From contig JAHEYB010000009.1 in NCBI GenBank assembly GCA_023251805.1, positions 2,056 through 66,055 on the forward strand: a stretch of 64,000 nucleotides of DNA, given 5' to 3'. The notes under the pieces are model-generated. The model was not told the origin of the DNA and ran no database searches. It saw nothing but the letters and a program-made list of their open reading frames with translations. Shown piece after piece: positions 50,032 to 60,732 of the stretch. How positions within the stretch are numbered: the first letter of the stretch is position 1; every line of letters begins with the position of its first letter. Position numbers and translations under genes: made by a program. The DNA comes from Bacteroidota bacterium (GTDB lineage: Bacteria > Bacteroidota > Bacteroidia > 2-12-FULL-35-15).

Positions 50032-50421
50032 TTATTTTTTTTGCTCTTTTAATAAGTCTCGAATTTCCATTAATAATTCTTCCTGGCTAGGGCCTTTTGT
50101 AGCAGCAGGTATTTTTGCAGCTTCTCGTTTTTTTGCAGCATTTATTCCTTTGATGACCAAAAATAACACCCAGGCAACAATTAAAAAATTGATGAGGGCA
50201 GAAATGAATATACCATATTTGATGGAGCCGAAAGCTGTTAAATCATGTAAGTTAGTGAGGTGTGCTGCTTTTAAGGCAGGTTGCAGCACCATTGGAGTAA
50301 TAACATCTTCAATTAAGGAATTAACAATTTTAGTAAACGCTGCACCAATTACAACACCAATGGCTAGGTCAATTACATTTCCTTTGATGGCGAAATCTTT
50401 AAATTCTTTAAATACTCCCAT
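50032..50421 (-). CDS. mscL: Large-conductance mechanosensitive channel
   Basis: 'FKEFKDFAIKGNVIDLAIGVVIGAAFTKIV' is the canonical MscL N-terminus/TM1. 129 aa. Confidence 0.95.
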   Translation of the reverse strand: MGVFKEFKDFAIKGNVIDLAIGVVIGAAFTKIVNSLIEDVITPMVLQPALKAAHLTNLHDLTAFGSIKYGIFISALINFLIVAWVLFLVIKGINAAKKREAAKIPAATKGPSQEELLMEIRDLLKEQKK

Positions 50422-50461
50422 TTTATTCTGTTTTTATTTTTTAATTCAACAAAGATAAAAT

Positions 50462-50492
50462 AAAAAGGCGCACTTTTTTGGTGCGCCTTTTT
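50462..50492. terminator. Rho-independent terminator downstream of icd (symmetric A/T flanks)
   Basis: GGCGCAC (50467-50473) pairs with GTGCGCC (50481-50487). It is flanked by an A-run and a T-run. Confidence 0.75.
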
Positions 50493-50513
50493 AAAATATG
50501 TAAGGGTTTTAGA

Positions 50514-51746
50514 CTACTTACCTAATTTTGCTTTTAAGTTAGTATCCAAAGCAGTTAAAAATTCTTCGGTATACAAATAGTGTTTTCCGTGTTCTACTTT
50601 GTTTCCATGGATACAAACTGCTAAATCTTTCGTCATTTTTCCTGACTCAACTGTTTCTACACAAACTTGTTCCAAAGCGTGACAGAAATTAATTAACTCT
50701 TGGTTATTATCTAATTTCCCACGGAATTCCAATCCGCGTGTCCATGCAAAAATAGAAGCGATAGGATTTGTAGAAGTAGGTTTTCCGGCTTGGTGATCGC
50801 GGTAGTGACGTGTTACTGTTCCGTGAGCAGCTTCAGCTTCCATTGTTTTTCCGTCAGGTGTTACCAGTACAGAAGTCATTAATCCCAACGAACCAAATCC
50901 TTGTGCAACGGTATCAGATTGAACATCTCCATCATAATTTTTGCAGGCCCAAACAAAATTTCCATTCCATTTTAAAGCGGAAGCAACCATGTCATCAATT
51001 AAGCGATGTTCATAAACAATTTTTGCTGCTTCAAATTTTGCTTTGAAATCTTTTTGATAAATCTCTTCAAAAATATCTTTGAAGCGACCATCATATTTTT
51101 TTAATATGGTATTTTTTGTAGATAAGTATAATGGCCATCCTTTTGATAAAGCTGTATTGAAACAAGAATGAGCAAATCCACGAATTGATTCATCCGTATT
51201 GTACATTGTTAGGGCAACACCATCACTTTTGAAATTAAATACTTCAAACGATTGTGGAGCGCTTCCATCTTCAGGAGTAAAGCTTACAGTTAATTTTCCT
51301 TTTCCTTTTGTAACGAAATCGGTAGCGCGGTATTGGTCACCAAATGCGTGACGGCCAATACAAATTGGTGCTGTCCAGTTTGGAACCAAACGAGGAACAT
51401 TTTTACAAACAATAGGTTCACGAAAAACGGTTCCATCCAAAATATTACGGATAGTTCCGTTGGGCGATTTCCACATTTGTTTTAATTTGAATTCTTTTAC
51501 GCGTTCTTCATCGGGAGTGATGGTAGCGCATTTGATACCTACGTTGTATTTTTTTATTGCCTCAGCCGAATCAATTGTAACTTGGTCGTTAGTAGCATCA
51601 CGGTGTTCAACGCCTAAATCGTAATATTTAATATCTAAATCTAAATAAGGAAGGATTAATTTATCTTTAATAAATTTCCAAATGATGCGAGTCATTTCAT
51701 CGCCATCTAATTCAACAACAGGGTTAGATACTTTAATTTTGCTCAT
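50514..51746 (-). CDS. icd: NADP-dependent isocitrate dehydrogenase (type II, eukaryote-like homodimeric subfamily)
   Basis: '[26 protein letters not shown]' and 'NYDGDVQSD'. At 410 aa the length is typical of the IDH1/2-like class. Confidence 0.93.
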   Translation of the reverse strand: MSKIKVSNPVVELDGDEMTRIIWKFIKDKLILPYLDLDIKYYDLGVEHRDATNDQVTIDSAEAIKKYNVGIKCATITPDEERVKEFKLKQMWKSPNGTIRNILDGTVFREPIVCKNVPRLVPNWTAPICIGRHAFGDQYRATDFVTKGKGKLTVSFTPEDGSAPQSFEVFNFKSDGVALTMYNTDESIRGFAHSCFNTALSKGWPLYLSTKNTILKKYDGRFKDIFEEIYQKDFKAKFEAAKIVYEHRLIDDMVASALKWNGNFVWACKNYDGDVQSDTVAQGFGSLGLMTSVLVTPDGKTMEAEAAHGTVTRHYRDHQAGKPTSTNPIASIFAWTRGLEFRGKLDNNQELINFCHALEQVCVETVESGKMTKDLAVCIHGNKVEHGKHYLYTEEFLTALDTNLKAKLGK

Positions 51747-51906
51747 TGTAAGATAATTTAGTTTTAATTAAAAATTGAGTATTTCTAAGGAAGTGCAAAT
51801 ATAACATTTTGGTTGAAATAAAAAGCCGAAACGATCGTACAGTTATCCCAACAAATTCATATTCCAAGGAATTCCTACCCCAGCGAATTACGAAAACAAT
51901 ACGCCC

Positions 51907-51930
51907 TTCGACTAAGCTCAGGGTGACAAA
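51907..51930. repeat. Variant copy of the TTCGACTA(C/A)GCTCAGG(A/G)TGAC repeat
   Basis: TTCGACTAAGCTCAGGGTGACAAA lies in the 239-bp spacer between the icd start and the M16 peptidase stop. Confidence 0.7.
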
Positions 51931-51985
51931 GGAAAATGGAAGAGTACGAATTTCTAAATATGATTCACCGTCTATCAACTACCAA

Positions 51986-54889
51986 CTAATAACCAAATAT
52001 ATCCTCCAACGTGAGGAAGGTAACTTTGCCATATTTCTGAAGTGTTGGAATATCTAAACTCTCCTTTTTGCCAATAACCAAAATGGTATATTGTTTCTTT
52101 TTAACGTGTTCTGCTTCAAACAATTTTAGTTGGTCAAAAGTAAGTGTAGGAACATTTTTGAACACATCTTTACGGATGTCATAATCCAGTCCCAAACGTA
52201 GCGCATTTTCATAGTTAAATAATATGCTCGCTTTTGTGATTCGTTCGGTACGGATACTTTGAAGAATGGATTCTTTAGATGCTTTAAAGCTACTTTCTGA
52301 TTCTGGCATATTGTTCACCAATTCCATCATTCCTTTCATTGCTTCGGGTAATTTGTCGGCTTGTGTTCCTATATAAGAAAACACATAGTTGCTTTCCGAT
52401 TTTTTATTGGCGGTGCTATAACTTGAAAATACAGAATAAGCCAATGCTTTTGATTCTCTCATCTCTTGAAAAACGATGGAGGACATCCCGCCTCCGAAAT
52501 ATTCATTGAATAAGCGAACAGTGGGAATTGTATTCTTATTGTATTTTTCATCTTTAGAAATAAAAATAACTTCCGCCTGTTTCATGTCATAATCAACTGC
52601 ATAAACATTAGTGTTGGCTTCTGTTTCCTGAAACTTCACATTCATTGGAGTAGGCTTAATTTCTGCCGGAGTTTTGTGCAATTTGTTTAGCATAGAAGTA
52701 ACATCATTTAAGCTATTGTTTCCATAATATAAAACGCGATGTTGATACGAAGTAACATCTTTAATAATTGAAATTAAATCTTCAGATTTCAAATTTTTTA
52801 ATTCTGCGGTTGTCAAAATATTGGTGTAAGCCGAATACCTTCCATATTTCCCGTAAGATAAAAGTCCGCCCCATAAAATTTCTCCTTTGTTTAATTTTGA
52901 ATCTTCTCGTTTTTTAAGAATATCTGAAACCACATTTTCGAGTGCTTGTTGGTTTGGTTGTGCATTTGTCAATAAGTTTTCGAAAAGAGTTGTTGCTTTT
53001 TCAATGTTATCCGTTAAGCCTCGCAAGCTTACCCAGGTTTGGTCTTCACCTACATAAACATCAAAAGAACAACCTAGTTTGTAAAATTCTTGTTGCACTT
53101 GAGTAGCCGATAATTCTTTTGTGCCTAAATATTTTAGATAGTTGATGGCAACATCTGTTTTTTTATTGTGATTGGAGCCCATATCCAAAACATAATACAT
53201 ATCAAATGTTTTATTTTCGCTATTTCGAGTATATAAAACAGGAATGCCACTTTTTAAAGTTGATTTTTCAATGTCTTCAGCATAATCAATAAATACCGGT
53301 TCAATATCTTTTATTGGAGTAGCAATGCTTTTTTTTACAAAATCACTTTGCTCATCACGATTCACTGTAACAGGCGTAATGGCCGGTTTTTCTACCTTTT
53401 GAACCGATTTGTCTTCGCCTGTACGTTTGTAGACAACCACATAATTAGAAGAATAATTTGCTTTCACAAAATCAATTATTTGTTGTTTCGTAATTTTTGA
53501 CAAACGATCAATTGTTGTTGCAGATTCCGACCACGCTCTTCCGGCAATAAATGAATTTACCATTGCGTCAGCACGAGCGCTATTGTATTCATAGGATTTT
53601 GTTTGTTGTAATTTCATGTCTGTAATAATTGCAGAAATTAACCAATCTGCAAATTCACCTTTTTTAACTTTTTCGATTTGTTCCAACAATAAGTCTTTTA
53701 ATTGTTCAAGTGATTGCCCTTCTTTTGGATTTCCCTGAAAAATATGTGCGGAGTAATCTTTAAATTCCATATCATATGCGTAAGCATCCAATACTTTTTG
53801 TTCCTGATTCAAATTCAAGTCAATTAATCCTGCTTTACCGTTCGATAAAATTTTATTGACCATCATAATCATATCAGCATCGTTGCTTCCCGCTCCGGCA
53901 AAGCGATATCCAATCATAATGTTTTCAGCATCTGGTCCCACAACTTCTTTAACAACAGGTGCAGCAATTGGTTTTTCGATGTAGGGATTATAAACAGGAA
54001 TGGTTTTGCTTTTCCAAGAACTAAATTTTTCATCAATCATTTTGATGGTTGCATCCGGGTCTAAATCACCGGATAGGCAAATGGCCATATTGTTTGGGAC
54101 ATAATAGGCATTAAAATATTTTTTTATTTCGGTAAGCGAAGGGTTTTTTAAATGGTCGATTGTGCCAATTGTTGTTTGAGAACCATAGGTATTGTTTGGA
54201 AATAATCCTTCGAACAAAGCTTCCCACGATTTTTCTCCATCATTATCCAATCCGCGATTTTTTTCTTCGTAAACTGCTTCTAATTCGGTGTGGAACAAAC
54301 GCAAAACAGGGTTGCGAAAACGTTCAGCTTCAATGGTGGTCCATTTATCCAATTGGTTAGATGGAATATCATTTACGTAAACTGTTTGCTCCAACCACGT
54401 GTAAGCGTTGGTGCCTTTTGCTCCCAGGTTTGATAACATTTTATCGTATTCATTTGCAATGGCAAAAGTGGAGGCATATCCCGAAATACTATCAATGGAA
54501 TGATATATTTTTTTGCGTTGCGCATCGTCTTTTGTCTTGCGATAAATTTCAAACAAGCCTTCAATTTTATCAAGTTCTACTTTTTCTTTCGCATAATCTT
54601 TGCTTCCGTATTTATCAGTTCCTTTAAAGAGCATGTGCTCTAAATAATGTGCCAATCCTGTACATTCGGCAGGATCATTTTTACTTCCAGCTCTTGTAGC
54701 GATATAGGTTTGAATACGCGGAGCATTTTTATAAACCGATAAATAAACGGTGAGCCCGTTTTCTAAATGATAGATTCTGGCATTTAAAGGGTCGTTGGGA
54801 ACGCTTTCGTATTTATACGTTTTTTGCGCATTTACTGAAGAGAAGCTAATGCAAAACAAGCAAATTAAAATAGCAATTGATTTTTTCAT
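51986..54889 (-). CDS. M16-family (insulinase/pitrilysin-like) zinc peptidase, double-length
   Basis: Signal peptide present. Inverted zinc motif 'HYLEHMLFKG' (HxxEH). At 967 aa it spans active and inactive M16 halves. Confidence 0.88.
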   Translation of the reverse strand: MKKSIAILICLFCISFSSVNAQKTYKYESVPNDPLNARIYHLENGLTVYLSVYKNAPRIQTYIATRAGSKNDPAECTGLAHYLEHMLFKGTDKYGSKDYAKEKVELDKIEGLFEIYRKTKDDAQRKKIYHSIDSISGYASTFAIANEYDKMLSNLGAKGTNAYTWLEQTVYVNDIPSNQLDKWTTIEAERFRNPVLRLFHTELEAVYEEKNRGLDNDGEKSWEALFEGLFPNNTYGSQTTIGTIDHLKNPSLTEIKKYFNAYYVPNNMAICLSGDLDPDATIKMIDEKFSSWKSKTIPVYNPYIEKPIAAPVVKEVVGPDAENIMIGYRFAGAGSNDADMIMMVNKILSNGKAGLIDLNLNQEQKVLDAYAYDMEFKDYSAHIFQGNPKEGQSLEQLKDLLLEQIEKVKKGEFADWLISAIITDMKLQQTKSYEYNSARADAMVNSFIAGRAWSESATTIDRLSKITKQQIIDFVKANYSSNYVVVYKRTGEDKSVQKVEKPAITPVTVNRDEQSDFVKKSIATPIKDIEPVFIDYAEDIEKSTLKSGIPVLYTRNSENKTFDMYYVLDMGSNHNKKTDVAINYLKYLGTKELSATQVQQEFYKLGCSFDVYVGEDQTWVSLRGLTDNIEKATTLFENLLTNAQPNQQALENVVSDILKKREDSKLNKGEILWGGLLSYGKYGRYSAYTNILTTAELKNLKSEDLISIIKDVTSYQHRVLYYGNNSLNDVTSMLNKLHKTPAEIKPTPMNVKFQETEANTNVYAVDYDMKQAEVIFISKDEKYNKNTIPTVRLFNEYFGGGMSSIVFQEMRESKALAYSVFSSYSTANKKSESNYVFSYIGTQADKLPEAMKGMMELVNNMPESESSFKASKESILQSIRTERITKASILFNYENALRLGLDYDIRKDVFKNVPTLTFDQLKLFEAEHVKKKQYTILVIGKKESLDIPTLQKYGKVTFLTLEDIFGY

Positions 54890-55074
54890 TCTTTGTTAAT
54901 TAGATTTATGTAAATATAGAATTTATTTCTTCCAGTTGATGAATCAAATGATGGAAGGGTTTAGGTTTTGATGAATGGTAATTCCTTTCGGCAACAAGAA
55001 TTTTAGCTTTTTAATTTGCTTTTACGACAAAACTTATTATGTTTGTTATGCAACAATCAAATTAAGATATGTTT

Positions 55075-56193
55075 ATGAAGAAAAAGATACTTTTATTCTC
55101 CCTTTTTTCAATTCTTTTTAGCCTTCCAATTTTTTCTCAACAAGTTGATTCTTCCGCTTCAAAAAAGCTCATCGACTTAGCTGCCATAAAAATTACAGGG
55201 TATGTGGATGCGTATTATGCATATTATACCGATTCGGTTGGAGATGGTAATTATCAGAAATTTCCTTCCATCTCTCCCAGAAGCAATCAATTTGGTTTAA
55301 ATACAGCTCAGTTAACTGCGCAATATGATGCAGAAAAAGTACGAGGAGTTGTAACTTTACATTTTGGTGATGTTCCAAGAAGCACGTGGTCGGGTACATT
55401 TAATCCAATAATGGAAGCGCATGTCGGATTACGTTTATGTAAAAAATTATGGCTGGATGCAGGTTATTTTAGAACCCATTTTGGAACAGAAGGATTGTTG
55501 CCAAAAGAAAATTTTGCGAGTTCTGTTTCTGTAAACACATATTATGAGCCCTATTTTGAAAGTGGTTTCCGTTTAAATTTTATTCCAAACGATAAATTGG
55601 CAATTAATCTTTATGCATTAAATGGGTATAATATTTATGAAGACAATAATAACCTGAAATCGTTTGGGATGCTTGTGACGTATGCTTTGGGCGAAAATGG
55701 AAATATTGGTTATAGTAATTATATTGGTGATGACGGGCCAACAGGTGATACACTTTCACATTTAAGATTTCACAACAACCTCTTTTTAAATTACGAAATA
55801 AAAAAGAAACTGAAGATTCAAATCGGTGGCGATTATTGTATGCAAAACAATGCTAATATTACTGATCCTACCAAATCGGCTACGATGTATAGTGGTGTGT
55901 TGGGATTGCGTTATCAATTAAAAAAACAATATGCAGTTTATGGGAGAGGCGAATTGTTTAATGATCCAGAAGGATTTATGTCGGGTGTGATGGTTGACAA
56001 GCAAGGAAAACTGACCGGATACAACATGTGGGGAGCAACATTGGGAGTGGAGTACAAACCCACAGATGCCTCTTATATAAGATTAGAAGGACGACAATTA
56101 CAGTTTGACAAAGATCAAGAATTGTTTCGTTGGAACGGAAAAAATGAATCGAGCAGAATGGAAGTATTGGTGAATGTTGGAATTTCATTTTAA
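55075..56193 (+). CDS. Outer-membrane porin (beta-barrel) upstream of amt
   Basis: Signal peptide 'MKKKILLFSLFSILFSLPIFSQ', alternating beta-strand pattern, and C-terminal 'VLVNVGISF'. It lies 47 bp upstream of the ammonium transporter gene. Confidence 0.6.
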   Translation: MKKKILLFSLFSILFSLPIFSQQVDSSASKKLIDLAAIKITGYVDAYYAYYTDSVGDGNYQKFPSISPRSNQFGLNTAQLTAQYDAEKVRGVVTLHFGDVPRSTWSGTFNPIMEAHVGLRLCKKLWLDAGYFRTHFGTEGLLPKENFASSVSVNTYYEPYFESGFRLNFIPNDKLAINLYALNGYNIYEDNNNLKSFGMLVTYALGENGNIGYSNYIGDDGPTGDTLSHLRFHNNLFLNYEIKKKLKIQIGGDYCMQNNANITDPTKSATMYSGVLGLRYQLKKQYAVYGRGELFNDPEGFMSGVMVDKQGKLTGYNMWGATLGVEYKPTDASYIRLEGRQLQFDKDQELFRWNGKNESSRMEVLVNVGISF

Positions 56194-56240
56194 TTAATTA
56201 GTATTCATAAATTTCATTTTAAAACCTAAAACTAAAAAAC

Positions 56241-57464
56241 ATGTTTGACACAGGAACCACCGGCTTTATGCTATTAGCAACCAGCCTAGTAATGTTAATG
56301 ACACCAGGATTAGCCTTTTTTTATGGAGGATTAGCGGGAAAAAGAAATATTCTTGGAATTATGATTCAGAGTTTTGTTTCAATGGGTATAACCACCATTA
56401 TGTGGTTTGTTTGTGGTTATTCTTTATGTTTCAGTGGAAACGAAATGGGTGGATTTATCGGTAATTTGGATAAAGCATTTATGCATGGAGTAGATTTAAA
56501 TTCTCCGTTTGCCGGAAACACAAAATTGCCGGAATTTGTTTTTATGGCGTATCAAATGATGTTTGCAATTATTACACCTGCGCTTATTACCGGAGCATTT
56601 GTGAATCGTATCACTTTTAAATCGTATTTAGTATTTCTAGTGCTTTGGCAAGTGTTGGTGTATTATCCATTTGCACATATGGTTTGGGGTGGCGGATTTT
56701 TACAACAATGGGGAGTGTTAGATTTTGCCGGAGGTATTGTGGTACATGCAACTGCAGGTTTTGCAGCATTGGCTTCCGTAATTTATGTTGGTAAAAGAAG
56801 AGATAAAGAATCGGCACCTAACAGCATTCCTTTAATTGCCATTGGAACAGGTTTATTATGGTTTGGATGGTATGGATTTAATGCAGGAAGTGCGTTGGAT
56901 GTAAATGCAGTTACAGGATTAGCATTTTTAAATACCGATGTTGCTGCATCGTTTGCAGCTATTACTTGGTTAGCAATTGAATGGTACTTAGTGAAAAAAC
57001 CAAAGTTTGTAGGATTGCTAACAGGAGCGGTAGCCGGACTGGCAACTATAACACCTGCAGCAGGATTTGTTTCCCTTCCTTCGGCATGTATTATTGGAAT
57101 TGCGGCAGGATTAGTTTGTTATGTAGCGGTGCATTTAAAAAATAAAATGGGTTGGGACGATGCCTTGGATGTATGGGGAGTGCATGGAATAGGTGGCTGT
57201 TTAGGAACAATTTTGTTGGGAGTTTTTGCAGTCAAAACAATGAACTCAGCAGGAGCTGATGGTTTATTAGCTGGAGGCTCTCACTTTTTTATTAAACAAT
57301 GTATCGCTGTGGTAGGTGCTTGTATTTATGGATTTGTATTTACGTATGGAATGTTATTTTTAATAAATAAAATTACACCTGTAAAAGTTACTCAAGCGGA
57401 TGAAGATAAAGGATTGGATGATTCTTTACATGGAGAAAAAGCGTATGACGAAGGAGTTTTGTAG
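56241..57464 (+). CDS. amt: Ammonium transporter
   Basis: 'LVMLMTPGLAFFYGGL', 'DFAGGIVVHATAGFAAL', 'WFGWYGFNAGS' and 'DDALDVWGVHGIGG' are Amt/MEP signatures. Confidence 0.95.
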   Translation: MFDTGTTGFMLLATSLVMLMTPGLAFFYGGLAGKRNILGIMIQSFVSMGITTIMWFVCGYSLCFSGNEMGGFIGNLDKAFMHGVDLNSPFAGNTKLPEFVFMAYQMMFAIITPALITGAFVNRITFKSYLVFLVLWQVLVYYPFAHMVWGGGFLQQWGVLDFAGGIVVHATAGFAALASVIYVGKRRDKESAPNSIPLIAIGTGLLWFGWYGFNAGSALDVNAVTGLAFLNTDVAASFAAITWLAIEWYLVKKPKFVGLLTGAVAGLATITPAAGFVSLPSACIIGIAAGLVCYVAVHLKNKMGWDDALDVWGVHGIGGCLGTILLGVFAVKTMNSAGADGLLAGGSHFFIKQCIAVVGACIYGFVFTYGMLFLINKITPVKVTQADEDKGLDDSLHGEKAYDEGVL

Positions 57465-57483
57465 AAAGAAAATATTTTAAAAA

Positions 57484-57511
57484 GTCCCACGAGTACTCGT
57501 GGGACTTTTTT
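57484..57511 (+). terminator. Rho-independent terminator after amt
   Basis: GTCCCACGAG-ta-CTCGTGGGAC forms a 10-bp stem with a GAGTACTC centre, followed by TTTTTT. Confidence 0.85.
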
Positions 57512-57539
57512 ATTTCACGTTATGTAGCTTGGGACAAAT

Positions 57540-57566
57540 TCCCCCTTTGTAAAGGGGGCAGGGGGA
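57540..57566. repeat. GC-rich hairpin repeat, copy abutting the lhgO stop codon
   Basis: The sequence is TCCCCCTTTGTAAAGGGGGCAGGGGGA. The lhgO stop codon (minus strand) is at 57567-57569. Confidence 0.8.
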
Positions 57567-58787
57567 TTACTTCAAATTAAAATGCTCAGTCGCCATTTGC
57601 TCAATGGCAGTTCCAATAGCTAAAGAAGAAGTAGCTGCCGGAGAGGGAGCATTCAACACATGAATGGCATTTCCATTCACTTCAATTTTAAAATCATCAA
57701 TCATTTCACCTTGCGGAGCTAAGGCCATGGCGCGCACTCCCGCCCTTCCCGGTTTTAGGTCGTCCATTTCCAAAGTGGGAATAAGCTTGCGGAGACGATT
57801 TAAGAAAAATGTTTTTGAAAATGCACCACGGTATTCATCCAATCCGAACTTTATATTTTTTGCGAAAAATTTCCAAGTGCCAGCAAAACCAAATGCTTGT
57901 GCTGTATCTTTTAATGAAAAATCTGTTTTGCCATATCCTTCACGTTTGAAAACAAATACAGCATTTGGTCCGCATTCGGTTCCGCCATGAATCATGCGTG
58001 TGAAGTGAACACCTAAAAAAGGATATTTAGGATTTGGTACAGGATAAACTAAATTTTTTACTTTGCTTAATCCTTTCTCTGTTAAGTCAAAATAATCGCC
58101 ACGGAAACCAACAATAGCGGTATCAATTTTTGCACCTTCTTTTTTTGCAACTCTATCACTTTGTAATCCTGCGCAGGTAATAATGTAGGTTCCTTTAAAT
58201 GTTCCTTTGGGAGTAATAACGTTTGTGTATTCCGAATGTTTTTCAAATGCGGTTACTTCGTGTGACGTGAGTACTTTACTTTGTGGAAATTTTGCATGAA
58301 TAAGTTCTACGTATTTTCTAGAAACGTCTGCATAATCAATTATTCCTGTACAAGGCACCCACAATCCTTCAATTCCTTCCACATAAGGTTCAATTTCTTT
58401 GATTCTTTTCGCATCAATTTTTTCTACACCTTCCACACCGTTTGCAATTCCATTTCCCAAAACTTTATTCATGTGTGCCAATTCCGATTCATGCGTAGCG
58501 ACAACAATTTTTCCGCAGATGTCGTGCTTAATTTTATGTTCTTTAGCAAAGGCAACAAGTTCTCTTCTGCCATCCACACAATTTTTTGCTTTGTAAGAGC
58601 CAGGTTTGTAATACAAGCCGGAGTGAATAACACCTGAATTGTGTCCGGTTTGATGAGCAGCTACTTCTTTTTCTTTTTCAAGAACAAGAATTTTTTTATT
58701 GGGATATTTTATATTGAGTTTGTATGCCGATGCTAATCCAACAATTCCACCGCCAACAATAATAATATCAAATTGATTGTTTTCCAC
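57567..58787 (-). CDS. lhgO: L-2-hydroxyglutarate oxidase (FAD-dependent)
   Basis: 'FDIIIVGGGIVGLA' FAD-binding GxGxxG, 'HQTGHNSGVIHSGLYY', and a length of about 400 aa. Confidence 0.8.
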   Translation of the reverse strand: MENNQFDIIIVGGGIVGLASAYKLNIKYPNKKILVLEKEKEVAAHQTGHNSGVIHSGLYYKPGSYKAKNCVDGRRELVAFAKEHKIKHDICGKIVVATHESELAHMNKVLGNGIANGVEGVEKIDAKRIKEIEPYVEGIEGLWVPCTGIIDYADVSRKYVELIHAKFPQSKVLTSHEVTAFEKHSEYTNVITPKGTFKGTYIITCAGLQSDRVAKKEGAKIDTAIVGFRGDYFDLTEKGLSKVKNLVYPVPNPKYPFLGVHFTRMIHGGTECGPNAVFVFKREGYGKTDFSLKDTAQAFGFAGTWKFFAKNIKFGLDEYRGAFSKTFFLNRLRKLIPTLEMDDLKPGRAGVRAMALAPQGEMIDDFKIEVNGNAIHVLNAPSPAATSSLAIGTAIEQMATEHFNLK

Positions 58788-59041
58788 AAAAACGATTTTT
58801 TGTAAAAATAATGAAATGTTTTGAGTTAGAGAAGACTGCCAGAAATATTGAATTGTTGGTGTTTTTTAGAAATTAATAACCTATTTTTGATAGAAATAAA
58901 GCGGGACAACAGTTACACAAAGCCAATACTTTTTGGTAGGCTTTATGTAGTTTTATCACACTTATAAGTGAATTAGGCGCAAGCAAAGCTATAGTGTATG
59001 ATAAATCTCGAATCAGATGAACAATTAAAAAGGACAATCAA

Positions 59042-59236
59042 ATGAACAATAGACGCAGGTTTCCTCGCATTTTCTTCGTGCTTACTTTCTTTGGGGTCAT
59101 GAACCTTTTAGCCATGCTAAGTAACCCCGCTTTGGCAAACATTCGAGGGGTAGATGTTGTGCGCCTCATCGGCACAGGTATGTGCTTTGGAGCTGCAATC
59201 GTTTCTTTTGTGGTATACTATCGAGACTTGAAGTAG
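59042..59236 (+). CDS. Hypothetical small membrane protein (64 aa, two predicted TM helices)
   Basis: 'RRRFPRIFFVLTFFGVMNLLAML' and 'VRLIGTGMCFGAAIVSFVVYY' are hydrophobic helices with positive-inside residues. The ORF sits in an otherwise 730-bp non-coding gap. There is no homology evidence. Confidence 0.35.
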   Translation: MNNRRRFPRIFFVLTFFGVMNLLAMLSNPALANIRGVDVVRLIGTGMCFGAAIVSFVVYYRDLK

Positions 59237-59299
59237 TAGACAAATCTGTGTCGACAACTGGAATTAGTAAAGACACCTAAACTGTATGTGTGCCATCGC

Positions 59300-59347
59300 C
59301 TAACAGCGGTCTGCGTCATGCGGGCATTCCGCTTCATAAGACAAATT
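59300..59347 (+). repeat. Direct repeat, left copy, upstream of the Kelch cargo gene
   Basis: The sequence is CTAACAGCGG-(12 nt)-GGGCATTCCGCTTCATAAGACAAATT. The blocks match the 60733-60781 copy at 9/10 and 22/26. Confidence 0.7.
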
Positions 59348-59516
59348 TGAGTAAATTTGAAACACCACTTCGTAAAAATGTTTAGAAATAAAATTTCGCA
59401 TGAACGCCAGTGTGTAAACCGTTAGCCACAATGCAAAAAAAATCTTTAACAGACAATCTTTTCACAACTGACTACGACAATAAAAAATAATAATACAAAC
59501 AAAAAACACTATAAAC

Positions 59517-60707
59517 ATGAAAACAAAACTTTTCATTGCAGCATTTATACTTTCGATTAGTTTAAATGCACAAAACATATGGACTCAAAAGTCCAGTTAT
59601 CCTGGTGTGGCAAGGCATGCGGCAGTGAACTTTGTGATAGACAGCAGCGCTTTCGTTGGCACAGGAACAGATGATGTTATCTTTTTCAAAAACTTTTGGG
59701 CATACGATCAAACGACTGATATATGGACAGCGAAAGCAAATTTCCCCGGTGTTGCCAGACGCGAAGCCGTTGCGTTCTCCATCGGCACTGATGGTTTTGT
59801 TGGAATGGGTTGCTGCGGTGCGATGAGTGATTTCTGGAAATATAATTCACTTACCGACTCATGGTCAGCCATTACTGCTTACCCCGGTGGTCCCACTATG
59901 ACGGGAATCGCTTTCTCTATAAATGGTAAAGGATATGTTGGATTAGGCGATGATGGCACTTTCTCAAAAAAAATATTTGAGTATGACCCTGTTGCAAATA
60001 CATGGACAGCGAAAGCAAATTTTCCAGGAGCTGGCAGAACCGATGCGCTTGGTTTTTCGATGAACGGAAAAGGTTATGTTGCCATTGGCGATGACGGAAC
60101 GCTTCCGATGTTAAAAGATTTATGGGAATACGAACCAACTACTGATACATGGACACAAAAAACAGATTTTCCCGGAGGTCCAAGAACAACTGCTGTCGGT
60201 TTTACCATTGCAAGTACTGGTAAACTTTACATCGGAACAGGAGATGATGATGTGAGTCAGTACGCTGATTTCTGGGAATGGAACAGCGCCAATGATACCT
60301 GGACTCAAGTAATGGATTTTGGCGGAGGAATAAGAACAGACGAAACCGGTTTTGCCATTGGCAACAGAGGATATGTTGCTTTAGGACAAATTGGTGCGCC
60401 ACCCGAGTTCAATGACCTTTGGGAATATTCTCCAGCTGTTGGCTACTCAGAAAATAATTTTTCAGATAATATTTCTATTTATCCAAATCCTTTTTCTACA
60501 CAAACAGTTTTGCAGACAGACATTCTTTTTAAGAACGCAACTCTCACGGTTTACAATTCTTTTGGACAGACAGTAAAACAAATAGACAATCTCTCTGGAC
60601 AGAAAGTTATTTTAAATCGTGACAACTTACCAAGCGGACTGTATTTCGTTCGACTGACAGGGAACAATAAAATTTTAGCTGTTGGCAAATTAGTGGTCAC
60701 CGACTGA
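59517..60707 (+). CDS. Kelch/galactose-oxidase-like beta-propeller protein with T9SS type-A sorting domain
   Basis: Signal peptide, then six or seven repeats of 'W(T/S)xKxxFPG..R..AV(G/A)F(S/T)I...G(Y/F)VG(T/L)G(D)D'. C-terminal tail is 'IYPNPFSTQTVLQTD...SGLYFVRLTGNNKILAVGKLVVTD'. It uses a TGA stop and visibly more C-ending codons than its neighbours. Confidence 0.75.
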   Translation: MKTKLFIAAFILSISLNAQNIWTQKSSYPGVARHAAVNFVIDSSAFVGTGTDDVIFFKNFWAYDQTTDIWTAKANFPGVARREAVAFSIGTDGFVGMGCCGAMSDFWKYNSLTDSWSAITAYPGGPTMTGIAFSINGKGYVGLGDDGTFSKKIFEYDPVANTWTAKANFPGAGRTDALGFSMNGKGYVAIGDDGTLPMLKDLWEYEPTTDTWTQKTDFPGGPRTTAVGFTIASTGKLYIGTGDDDVSQYADFWEWNSANDTWTQVMDFGGGIRTDETGFAIGNRGYVALGQIGAPPEFNDLWEYSPAVGYSENNFSDNISIYPNPFSTQTVLQTDILFKNATLTVYNSFGQTVKQIDNLSGQKVILNRDNLPSGLYFVRLTGNNKILAVGKLVVTD

Positions 60708-60732
60708 GACGCTCGGTAGAAATTTACTTTGG

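Noticed and set aside
51733-52057. Two ~81-aa ORFs (51733-51978 minus, 51809-52057 plus) in the icd/M16 spacer.
   Set aside because: They overlap each other on opposite strands and cover repeat-family sequence (the TTCGACTAAGCTCAGGGTGAC copy). Neither has coding-like composition.
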